Below are positions 23,201 through 32,424 of a stretch of DNA of 64,000 bases, piece after piece. Position 1 is the first letter of the stretch. Each line of letters opens with the position of its first letter. A program made the translations under genes and the position numbers. Location of the stretch: the NCBI GenBank assembly GCA_963727895.1, contig CAVSHT010000006.1:1-64000 (forward strand), read 5' to 3'. The notes under the pieces were generated by a model. The model did no database searches. It was not told the DNA's origin and saw nothing but the letters and a program-made list of their open reading frames with translations. This stretch comes from an uncultured Methanosarcinaceae archaeon (GTDB lineage Archaea; Halobacteriota; Methanosarcinia; Methanosarcinales; Methanosarcinaceae).

Positions 23201-23884
23201 AATAAAAGAAATGGGTTTTGATGGAGGAAAAACCATAGTCAAGGACTTTGTACAAAAAGTCCGACCTGAGCAAAGAACCCCTGCTGTATTTCGCTACGAA
23301 ACAAAACCAGGTGTACAGGCTCAGGTAGACTGGGGAGAGATGGGAACAGTTGAAGTTGATGGAAAAGCAACGAAACTTTTTTGCTTCAACATGATTCTTG
23401 GATATTCAAGAATGAGATATATTGAATTTACACTGAGCATAGACACTCCAACTCTAATTCAGTGTCACTTGAATGCTTTTGAGTATTTTTGAGGATTTAC
23501 ACAGGAGATTCTCTATGATAACATGAAACAGGTCGTTATCAAAAAAGCCTTAAAATCATCAGATTCTGAATGGAACTCACAGTTTAAGGATTTCTTCAAA
23601 TGCTTTGGTTTTATTCCCAAGTTATGCAGGCCTTACAGGCCTCAAACAAAAGGTAAAATTGAAAATACAGTAGGTTACGTCAAAAGGGATTTCTTCCTTG
23701 GAAGAAGGTTTACCTCTCTTGAAGAACTGAACGACCAAGTTAACAGTTGGTTAGAAAGGGTAAACTCAACTGTCCATGGAACAACCTATCAAATTCCTCT
23801 TGAACGCTTTAAGGAGGAGGACCTGAACCCTCTGGGTCAGGTTCCTCCTTACAAAGTTGTTCAGAAGGAGACCAGAAAGGTCTC

Positions 23885-24296
23885 CAGAGACTGTTATATT
23901 CCATTCCTTGGAAATAAGTATTCTGTTCCTTACAGGTATGCAGGAAGAACTGCAGAGCTTCATATTTTTGAAGGAAAATTAGAGATCTATGTTGATTATG
24001 AAAAGATCTGTGAACATGCAATTCTCCCAGGTAACTGCAGAGTTTCAAGGAAAAAGGAACATTTCCAGGGTTTACTGAGTGAGATTCTTACAGAGACTGT
24101 TATATTCCATTCCTTGGAAATAAGTATTCTGTTCCTTACAGGTATGCAGGAAGAACTGCAGAGCTTCATATTTTTGAAGGAAAATTAGAGATCTATGTTG
24201 ATTATGAAAAGATCTGTGAACATGCAATTCTCCCAGGTAACTGCAGAGTTTCAAGGAAAAAGGAACATTTCCAGGGTTTACTGAGTGAGATTCTTA
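23885..24296 (+). repeat. 206-bp tandem duplication in istA
   Basis: 23885-24090 repeated at 24091-24296; AGAGA microhomology at the junctions. Confidence 0.93.
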
Positions 24297-24408
24297 AAGA
24301 GAACTCAAAATGCAAGAAAAATTCACAGATTCCGTTGAAATTCTCAGGTCCTGAAGTTGAAAAAAGGTCTCTTGATGTCTATGAAATATTTAGCCAGGGA
24401 GGTTTTGA

Positions 24409-25182
24409 ATGAACAACTTCACCTATGAGAGGCTTCACAACAATCTGCAATACCTGAAACTGAATACTGTTGAAGAGCTCCTTGACAACTTTCTTGAAAT
24501 TGCTGTAAGGGACAACAAGACAACAATGGAAGTTCTTGATTATCTATTTGAACAGGAAAAGAAACACAGAGAAGCTGTTGCAATTGAGAGAAGGATGAAA
24601 AGTGCAGTTTTTCCTGTTAAAAAAACTCTTGAGGAATTCGATTTTGAATTTCAGAAATCCATTGATAAGAAGATAATCGAAGACCTTGCAACCTTGAGAT
24701 TTGTTCATAATTCAGAGAATGTTGTTTTCCTTGGTCCACCAGGTGTTGGAAAATCTCATCTTGCAATTGCCCTTGGAATTGAAGCAGTAAAAGCAGGGAT
24801 TTCGGTTTATTTTACTAATACAGAAAACCTTATTGAAAGGTTGAAAAAAGCAAATCAAGAAGGAATGCTTGAAAAGAAACTAAGGGACTTGATGAAGTAT
24901 AAAGTGCTGATTATTGATGAAATAGGATATCTTCCATTTGACGAAGAAGGAGCTCACTTTTTATTTCACCTAATCTCAAGACGTTATGAAAAGAGTTCAA
25001 CGATCTTGACATCGAATAAGTCGTATGGAGAATGGGGAGAGATATTCAAGGACCATGTAATAGCGGCTGCTGTACTTGATAGGCTTCTCCATCATTCTAC
25101 GACGATTGATATCAAAGGGGAAAGTTACAGGCTGAAAGAAAGGAAGAAACAGGGTATAAAAACAGGAAATCTATACCAGTAA
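24409..25182 (+). CDS. istB: IS21 helper ATPase IstB
   Basis: FDFEFQ, GPPGVGKSHLA, LIIDEIGY, LDRLLHH, GESYR. Confidence 0.96.
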   Translation: MNNFTYERLHNNLQYLKLNTVEELLDNFLEIAVRDNKTTMEVLDYLFEQEKKHREAVAIERRMKSAVFPVKKTLEEFDFEFQKSIDKKIIEDLATLRFVHNSENVVFLGPPGVGKSHLAIALGIEAVKAGISVYFTNTENLIERLKKANQEGMLEKKLRDLMKYKVLIIDEIGYLPFDEEGAHFLFHLISRRYEKSSTILTSNKSYGEWGEIFKDHVIAAAVLDRLLHHSTTIDIKGESYRLKERKKQGIKTGNLYQ

Positions 25183-25502
25183 TTTTTAACAAGTTCATGA
25201 AAAATTGAGTAAACTTTATATCACAAGGTGGGGAAAAGTAAACCGGCATTGACAACATGCAAAAGCAATTATTGCCTTAGCAAGGAAAATTGCAACGATA
25301 ATATGGCATCTTATTACGAATGATGAGATATACGAAGATGAAACTGGCTATAAAAAAGGAAAAATTCAAAAGAGGAAGATTGTCGAGACTGAGATATTCT
25401 CGATTGATGAAAGGATAACAATAATTAGTGAAATATTTGCAATAACGAGAAAAGAGGATGAAGAGAGCACATGAGGAAGAGATCCTTATATACTTTCATG
25501 CT

Positions 25503-25746
25503 AAATCGTCCTATTGAGCGAAAGCCTAATCCTTCAAGATAGAGTTGTAAAGCCTGTCTTTTTACAAAAGCGGAAAAAGCAGTTGATTTTAGCTCTACTG
25601 TATAGTTATAGCTACAATCAGAGCATTTGTACCATTGACGCCCACCAACTATACCATTCTTTTTGTGACTGGAACTATTGCATCTTGGGCAGTTCATGCA
25701 GAATTATATTTTCTAATAAAAGATACTATCTTTAAGTATCAAAGCC
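25503..25746 (-). mobile_element. IS1 5' fragment (target of the IS110)
   Basis: TIR GGCTTTGATA at 25746; insA MNCPRC...GFRSIGRF cut at the IS110 right end. Confidence 0.9.
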
Positions 25747-25825
25747 AAAATTATAATAATATAAAAAATAGAAAAAAGCAGAGGACAAATTTCCTCTACA
25801 AATTTATTTAATATCTTTTTTCTGT

Positions 25826-26777
25826 TTATGTCAGCTTGGTAACCGGGTGGTTTGCCAGGTCCACGATCTCGATACCGAGATCTTTCGCGGTTTCACCAAG
25901 CATGATGTCGACCATTGCTACAGCAGGGAAGACTTCGTTGACATTCTCGATCGGTCCATAAAGGAGGTAATCAGAGCCTGCAATCTGTGCTACCAGGTTG
26001 GTACCAATGTCTGAAGGCATGTAGACAGCTTTCGGATCAGGCATAGTTTTCTTGAATTTCCTTAACCAGCTCCAGGAAGATGCCATGTTGTGGTATCCTC
26101 CACCGACTGGCAGCCCGAATTTTGCTTTCATTGTGGGTATCGAGCGGATAGTAGGACCGGAACCTGCGCCAAGAGGCATTGCAGCGACGTCGATTAAGGG
26201 ATACTTGATTCCACAGTCCTTTGCGATCTCAAGCATTCCTTTTGTTAGTCCGGAACCACCGACTTCAAGAACGTCCATCTTTCCTTTTACGGTGGGGTCG
26301 ACTGCGTTAAAGGCGAGCACAATAGATGCTGTCCACATCGCTTTCAGTAAGGACATCGATTTCTGCCTGTTCAATACTTGCGTTGATTGAGTTGTGTACA
26401 GCCCTGTCTGCAACTCCGATCTCGGTACAGTATTTGGCAGCAGCAGCCCTTACATTTCCTGCAGAGGAGTCGATCAGGAAAGGAGTGTGGTCATCGATAT
26501 CAACAAACCACTTTATGTAGTTACAAATCGCTTCGGGGGTTTCACCTACGATCTGGTTCGCATAGGGGAGACCAGTGGCATCGCTCATTGTTTGCTGGGT
26601 ATTCCAGAGCGATTCCGCAGTTGCTCTGTCAAAAATTCCCTTGTCTTCGTCTGAAACGATCTTGTGTTTTCCATAGAACATGGTGCTTACTAATACAGTT
26701 GGATATTCGCCTGGCTGACCACCGAATTTGACTCCACCTATCTCAAAGACTTCCTGTTTCTTATCAAATTTGAACAT
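25826..26777 (-). CDS. mtrH: Methyl-H4SPT:CoM methyltransferase subunit H (apparent 1-nt insertion ~26333)
   Basis: MFKFDKKQEVF..GGQPGEYPTVL, FLIDSS, NSINAS, then in the second frame GGGYHN, LLYGPIEN. Confidence 0.95.
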
Positions 26778-26793
26778 TTTTATCCCTCGCTTG

Positions 26794-27027
26794 TTAATGC
26801 ATGAACATTGATGATATCACAGTATAGACCAGGAAGAGCAGCACGCCAATCACGCCGCCGTACAGAATTCCGATGTCTCTTCCTACCTTCTTTCCGATTC
26901 TCTGAGCAATTTCACTGCCAACAAACTCTACTTTTTCTTCAATGTTGTCGAGCCGCTTCATGGCCGTGTTAAACTCGCTTTGATCTACAATAACTACGGG
27001 TGCTTTTCCATCACTCATAACACTCAC
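26794..27027 (-). CDS. mtrG: Mtr subunit G
   Basis: [30 protein letters not shown]. Confidence 0.96.
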   Translation of the reverse strand: MSVMSDGKAPVVIVDQSEFNTAMKRLDNIEEKVEFVGSEIAQRIGKKVGRDIGILYGGVIGVLLFLVYTVISSMFMH

Positions 27028-27254
27028 CTCGTTATATACCAGACCAACAACGGGATTACAATAATCATCAGGAATATAAATATGAATCCCGCTGCGAATC
27101 CTGAGATTCCGGTAGCCATTATACCTGAATCAAGCTTCTGGTTTCTTGCGATTAACTGAGCTCTGTATCGGATACTTTCGAGAGCCGTATCGATTGCTCC
27201 CATCTGCGGGGTAGTCGCCATTGGGACTCCCTGTCCATATTCAGCTTCTGCCAT
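27024..27254 (-). CDS. mtrF: Mtr subunit F
   Basis: [17 protein letters not shown] plus one TM helix. Confidence 0.96.
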   Translation of the reverse strand: MAEAEYGQGVPMATTPQMGAIDTALESIRYRAQLIARNQKLDSGIMATGISGFAAGFIFIFLMIIVIPLLVWYITR

Positions 27255-27258
27255 TCTT

Positions 27259-27981
27259 TTACCTCCCTAACAATAGCATTCCAAGAATAGCAATGGTAAA
27301 GGTTAATCCTATCATGAACCCTTCAAGCTTCCCTGCACTTACACCTGCATGAAACTTATTGAGGTTTCCGATGTCGATCAGGTTGCTTTCGATTCCTTTC
27401 ATCCTGCTACGGACCAATGCAATTTCGGCGCCAAGCGGTCTGACCCCAGCTCCCTCTTCTTCTTCTCCTTCTCCTTCGGAGATCTGTAGGACCATGGGTT
27501 CGGCATCAAAGGCTCCTGGGTCTTTTGAAACAAGTTCTCTTACCTTGCCAGTAATCGCACCCATATCTTCAGTGTCAAGCATATTAATGACTTCGACCTG
27601 CTGCTGAAAACGGGCAATTGCGTCTGCGGTCAGGTTTTCTACATAAGGAATTGCGCCCTGAGCTCCTACGATCCTGCTATCTTTTGCACCGTTTGCATGC
27701 AGAGCTATTATTGACTGTCCAAGTATGTGCCCTTTAACCTCAGTACCGGTCACAAGGAGGAACCTGATATTAGGGTTTGAAATGATGTGGGCAACAACTT
27801 TTTCGATACCGAGGTTTTCGGTTTTACACGATCCTGTAATTGATGCACCTGCATCAAGAATAGACTTTCCCGGAATGTGTGATCCGCAGGTAATTACACA
27901 TACTGGATTCTTAGAATCACCAGCTTCGTATTCACCTTTCAGGATAGGCCACCCTGGGGCAGCATCTTTCTTGTTTGTCAT
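27259..27981 (-). CDS. mtrA: Mtr subunit A (corrinoid protein)
   Basis: [23 protein letters not shown] cobamide-ligand motif. Confidence 0.97.
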   Translation of the reverse strand: MTNKKDAAPGWPILKGEYEAGDSKNPVCVITCGSHIPGKSILDAGASITGSCKTENLGIEKVVAHIISNPNIRFLLVTGTEVKGHILGQSIIALHANGAKDSRIVGAQGAIPYVENLTADAIARFQQQVEVINMLDTEDMGAITGKVRELVSKDPGAFDAEPMVLQISEGEGEEEEGAGVRPLGAEIALVRSRMKGIESNLIDIGNLNKFHAGVSAGKLEGFMIGLTFTIAILGMLLLGR

Positions 27982-27982
27982 T

Positions 27983-28306
27983 TTAAGCTCCTCCCATCGC
28001 AGCTTTCACATATAGTATGAGGGCAACTATACCGAAGAAGAAAAAGCCCACAACAATCCCATACCATGCATTGGTATAGAACCCAGCTTTATAGGACGCA
28101 TCTTCACGACCTGGCCAGGAGTTAAGGAGCGGCCGGCTTGGGGCAAGGGAATTCACCAGGTCATCTGCTATTAGATCCAGCTTGTCAAGCCTTTCAAAGA
28201 CAGGTCCCAAGCTGTATTGGAGAACGTCCTCTCGCTCCTGTGCGATCAAACCGGTATCTGTCTCCATTACCAGATGTATTTCTGGAGCTATGCGAACTAT
28301 ACTCAT
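27983..28306 (-). CDS. mtrB: Mtr subunit B
   Basis: [27 protein letters not shown]. Confidence 0.95.
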   Translation of the reverse strand: MSIVRIAPEIHLVMETDTGLIAQEREDVLQYSLGPVFERLDKLDLIADDLVNSLAPSRPLLNSWPGREDASYKAGFYTNAWYGIVVGFFFFGIVALILYVKAAMGGA

Positions 28307-29092
28307 TGCATTTCCTCCTCAGTTGGCAGCATCCCAGTATCGACAACTTTGTATGCATCTCTCTTGACAAAACCGTAGTACTTTCCGAAGAAATAGTACC
28401 AGATAATGATTCCAACGAGTACTGTTATAGCGAGTGCTCCCATACCTGCTACGGATGCGAATCCTGAGAGAATCACTGCAATTCCTGCTTTTTCCGCAGA
28501 GAGTGCAAGGAGTCTGTCCTGCGTTTCGTCAGGTCCCAGGTTTGAATTGTGTGGGTGCAACATTGCCATACCGCCGGCGATGTAAATCATCATTATGAAG
28601 CCTGTTGTAACCACTTCTTTGACAAATACTGCATAATCAAGGGAGCCGGCAATTACAATACCAAGTCCGAGAATCATGAGAGCTCCTGCTCCTGCAATCT
28701 CAGTTGTTGCACTTACCATAATTGGGATATTCATGCCGAGTATCTTTACCGAAATAATACCTATTATAGCTCCGATAGCGCATGAGACAATGAATGCGAC
28801 AATAGGGGCTCCTGCACTTATATCAAGGGCAAGTGTGAACAGGACGGCAATAATTCCCATACCAAGGGCAAGCATACCGATTGATGGAACACCCGTACCA
28901 AGTCCATAGCTAGCAATACGTCGTACTGCATCAGCACCCCATACAGCTGGCGAAAACTGCCCCGAGAGCCCCGAAGACTACAAATATAGGGTTCGATGGG
29001 GCAAGGAAATAGGCAAGATATACTCCTACAAGGCCACCAACTGCACCAATAGCCATCAATGTGTTCGGAGGGATCATTTTTTGTTCTGTCAT
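28303..29092 (-). CDS. mtrC: Mtr subunit C (apparent 1-nt insertion ~28950)
   Basis: ATG at 29092; after the shift [30 protein letters not shown]; operon position. Confidence 0.93.
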
Positions 29093-29857
29093 TTAGAGAC
29101 CTCCTACTAATGCAAGAGCTCCAACTGCTATTACTGCTACAATACCAAGAGGGATTGATGCAAGGAAGGAAGCAACAGCCGCCTTTGGCCATCTTTTGAA
29201 TTTAGGATCATGGAACCCTTCAATGGTACCAACAATGTTGTAAGAAGGAATAACTGAGTTTATAAAGAAGAAACCTATTGTGAAAGTAGCTACAACGCCT
29301 ACAAGGTTCAGATCATGTACTGCGAGAGGAGTAACTCCTGCGTAAGCATAGGTACCAACTTTCATGAGAGCATAGTATGCAAGGGCTGCTCCAAAACCTC
29401 CAAGAAGACCTCCTATAAGCGAGCTTACAAATGCAACAGTTGGAATACCATGTCCTTCAGTACCCTGAGAGACATAGAGGTCCTGCCTGTACTTGGTGAT
29501 TGGATCGTATTTTACTTTTGCAGAAACCGGCATAACGCCCACGCCATAGGCGTAAATCCAGGTACCGACTATCATAGTTGCTGCCAGCATGACCATTGCG
29601 CCGACTCCTCCAGCACCTAGAACTACACCTAAATCCTGGTTTAAATCCATTACAGCTCCAGCAGCTATGATTCCGGCAATTCCGGCTCCAGCTGCCAGCA
29701 TCACAGTACCGGTACCTATACCTGTTGCTTGGGCCATTGCTGCGGGAGCGCCTCCAACAGATATAAAGTGGACACTGATAGAAATTAAAGTACCACCGAT
29801 TACAATTGCGAGAATCCACAAAATGTTAGGCGCAATAAGTCCTACGATATCTATCAT
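29093..29857 (-). CDS. mtrD: Mtr subunit D
   Basis: HF..VGGAPAAMAQATG, DPITKYRQ..YVSQGTEGHG.PT, GTIEGFHDPKF. Confidence 0.97.
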   Translation of the reverse strand: MIDIVGLIAPNILWILAIVIGGTLISISVHFISVGGAPAAMAQATGIGTGTVMLAAGAGIAGIIAAGAVMDLNQDLGVVLGAGGVGAMVMLAATMIVGTWIYAYGVGVMPVSAKVKYDPITKYRQDLYVSQGTEGHGIPTVAFVSSLIGGLLGGFGAALAYYALMKVGTYAYAGVTPLAVHDLNLVGVVATFTIGFFFINSVIPSYNIVGTIEGFHDPKFKRWPKAAVASFLASIPLGIVAVIAVGALALVGGL

Positions 29858-30768
29858 GCGGACACCTCTTCGCCCTTATCTTCCTTGAATGGCCCGTATT
29901 TTTCACGGGTTTCCTTTTCGATATGCCAGTTCCAAATACAAAGAACAATAACAATAACCACACCTAAAAGATTAGAGAGCCAGCCATCTACAACTCCATT
30001 TCTGGGATCGAAGACTAATATGATCCAGCTACCTAGGAATACTACCATTCCAAAAGAGATTCCTGTCATCGGTCCACCAAACTTCGAGCAGAACCAGAGG
30101 TTGTCAATACCGTTTCTGAGGCCTGATTCACCTTTACGGACAATGCTTCCTGATTGTGAAGCATTCAGTCCTTCACCAAAAGGCTGCTGCTGGAACTGAC
30201 GCTCTGCACCTAAGTGGACGTCACCTGTGGCAGATCCGACTGAGCCTACTACAACTCCCCACAGGAAAGATAATAAGACGAATGGAAAAGGATGCGCTAA
30301 TGCGTATACCATTAGGTACGAGACTATCTCAACAGAGAACGTTGTTAAAAATGCAAAGGCCATGATCACGGGTGTGTGAGATCTTATCACATCTAGATAT
30401 ATAGGTTGCTTAAACCTAGCCTGACTTGCTTCTCTGCCCATAATTGCTGTCACGGAATAACTTCCATGCACCATAGCTGCAATAAGGGCTCCAATAACTA
30501 GTGCAAAAAGCGGTGAAAAACCAAAATGTTTGATTAAGACAAGAGCTCCAGTAGCACCGATTGTACACATCATTCCATTGGAGACCGGTTCACCAGCGAT
30601 AGCTTTATTATAAATACGATGTACGTAGCCCATTTGGGGAGCTAATTGCACTTGCGAATTGGCGTTACTCTGCGACCCTACATCGGATTCTAGGTCTTCA
30701 GAGGCGCCTGCAATCGTCGCAGCAGCGCCGATAAGCGCGAGTACTCCCATGCTTATGAGTGGATCCAT
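29854..30768 (-). CDS. mtrE: Mtr subunit E
   Basis: EDLESDVGSQSN.NSQVQLAPQM, GEP, WFCSKFGGP. Confidence 0.97.
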   Translation of the reverse strand: MDPLISMGVLALIGAAATIAGASEDLESDVGSQSNANSQVQLAPQMGYVHRIYNKAIAGEPVSNGMMCTIGATGALVLIKHFGFSPLFALVIGALIAAMVHGSYSVTAIMGREASQARFKQPIYLDVIRSHTPVIMAFAFLTTFSVEIVSYLMVYALAHPFPFVLLSFLWGVVVGSVGSATGDVHLGAERQFQQQPFGEGLNASQSGSIVRKGESGLRNGIDNLWFCSKFGGPMTGISFGMVVFLGSWIILVFDPRNGVVDGWLSNLLGVVIVIVLCIWNWHIEKETREKYGPFKEDKGEEVSA

Positions 30769-31293
30769 TCATTTTCCTCCTTTATGTTATTACATGTAAT
30801 AAGGCCGGATTGAAAAAAACATTGTACCTTTTTTACTCTCGTTTGCCATATCATCACAACGAAAAATAATGAATGACAAGCGTTTAATTTTTGTTTAGAT
30901 AGGATTGTTCATAAACCTTTCGAAATAGTTATGCTTTTAAAATATTATTATATATTTATTTAATATATAACCAAATTTATAAGACGGATTGCGCCTGTTA
31001 ATGTAGTAAAATTCTATATTTATATATCTAAAAAAATATTTCACTCCTTCCAATATCATATAAAGATTCCGATTATAACTACTGAATTTTTCTATTTATT
31101 TTTAAAATATATTTATCATTTTTATATTAATAAGTTCTCTTCATCTAGTTTTCATAATTTTAATTTTTATAAATTGTCTATTTTATTAACCCCCTCAATC
31201 TTCATAAAATAAAAGAAGATCTCTTTTCTATATCCAACTTTTAATAATATTTAACAAGCTTTCGTTCCTTTAAATAAAATATATTTCTCCTAC

Positions 31294-31327
31294 TTATATA
31301 TATAATTATTAATAATTATATATATAA
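31294..31327. repeat. 34-bp perfect AT-only palindrome
   Basis: TTATATATATAATTATT|AATAATTATATATATAA. Confidence 0.9.
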
Positions 31328-31515
31328 ATTTTAAAACTGTTTGCTGGTTATCTCTTACTAATATATAAATGTGTTGGCTTATTTTTATCATCTAAGCCAT
31401 GTGAAAATGTTTGGCGAGATTTACTTACAACTCTTTTTATATTTTTATATCCACTTCTTATGATCTTGACTATTTTTTATGTGTTCGCCATGTTAATTTC
31501 TGCATAAGTCCGAAA

Positions 31516-32358
31516 ATGATTTTTATATCTAATTTCTTTGAATATCCTGTGATTTTAGGAGCCTCATCCTTTGCCAGCCCCCCTGAAGATTTACATGGGT
31601 ATGTTGAGTCTATAGAATTGTATATTCCCAAACTAGGGATTTATGACGGTTTAAGACTTGAAGATAAGAAACTTGATCGGATTCTTGATGAAATCTCGAT
31701 CTATGATTTCGCAGTCACAGTTCACGCGCCTTATTTTGCAGAAAGTGCTAACTATCCTTCAGCTCTTCAAGTTGATACCTCTCAAATGGGTACGAGAGAG
31801 TTTACCCTTATGGAAGAATCAATTGCACTTGCAAGCCGTATTGAAGCTTCTGTTGTTGTATTACATCCTGGAAGAATTGGACCTGATCGGGAGAAATCTT
31901 TTTCTTCTATGGTCAAAAACCTTGAAAAGCTTGCTTCCACAGCTGAAGATTACGGAGTTATTTTGGGTCTTGAAAACAAAGAAGGTACAGATACTTCCAA
32001 CTTTTGTTGTGAAGCCACAGAGTTTTCTCAAACAATTGAAGCTGTGGACTCCGAACATTTAAAAGCTACTTTTGATATAGGACATGCAAACCTTACCTGT
32101 GGAGGCGATCCTAAAAAACTCGGAGAATTTGTCCGAACTCTCAAAAAGCATGTTATACATGTTCATTTGCACGATAACAGTGGGCAGTGGACCGAAAAAT
32201 ATGATGGTGATGAGCATATGGCTCCAGGAATGGGTTGTGTGGATTTTTCAGTCTTGAATCAACTTTCCGGATACGAAGGTATATACAATATGGAGGTTTT
32301 TTCCCTTAATGATGTTCTTTTCGGGAAAAACACCCTTGAAAATACTTTAAAACATTAA
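31516..32358 (+). CDS. Sugar phosphate isomerase/epimerase (AP endonuclease 2 TIM barrel); start uncertain
   Basis: TVHAP, VLHPG, LEN, FDIGHA, HVHLHDN, DEH metal-binding motifs. Confidence 0.88.
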   Translation: MIFISNFFEYPVILGASSFASPPEDLHGYVESIELYIPKLGIYDGLRLEDKKLDRILDEISIYDFAVTVHAPYFAESANYPSALQVDTSQMGTREFTLMEESIALASRIEASVVVLHPGRIGPDREKSFSSMVKNLEKLASTAEDYGVILGLENKEGTDTSNFCCEATEFSQTIEAVDSEHLKATFDIGHANLTCGGDPKKLGEFVRTLKKHVIHVHLHDNSGQWTEKYDGDEHMAPGMGCVDFSVLNQLSGYEGIYNMEVFSLNDVLFGKNTLENTLKH

Positions 32359-32424
32359 TATTTGCTTAAACTTGAAAAAGAGGAGCTGGATTCTGGTAAG
32401 AACCTCAGCTTTCATTTACTAAAA

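Larger units (their letters stand above)
22259..24412 (+). pseudogene. istA: IS21 transposase IstA, disrupted by IS1, frameshifts and a 206-bp duplication
   Basis: HTH N-terminus, ETKPGVQAQVDWG, YDNMK, RPQTKGKIE motifs in fragments. Confidence 0.92.
22171..25254 (+). mobile_element. IS21-family element
   Basis: TIRs begin TGTCAATGCCGGT at both ends; 6-bp TSD ACATGC at 22165-22170 and 25255-25260; carries istA-istB. Confidence 0.95.
21120..25474 (+). pseudogene. IS110 DEDD recombinase (segments 21120-22170 and 25261-25474)
   Basis: GLDIHK, CESTS, SVPGIG, SWLGLVP..QSA, ITKRGS. After removing IS21 it continues GHAKAIIALARKIA to TGA 25472-25474. A 20-bp tandem duplication (21558-21597) causes a frameshift; KTYKID replaces the usual KTDxxD. 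Confidence 0.92.
20884..25502 (+). mobile_element. IS110-family element inserted into IS1 insA and itself interrupted by IS21
   Basis: Flanks CTTACCCCTAA|AA and AA|ATCGTCC reconstitute IS1 insA with a 2-nt AA core. Subterminal IR ATGAAAGTA (20919-20927) / TACTTTCAT (25491-25499). Confidence 0.82.

Noticed and set aside
25826..29092. Programmed frameshifting in mtrC/mtrH
   Set aside because: No slippery heptamer at the shift sites; single extra bases fit sequencing error.
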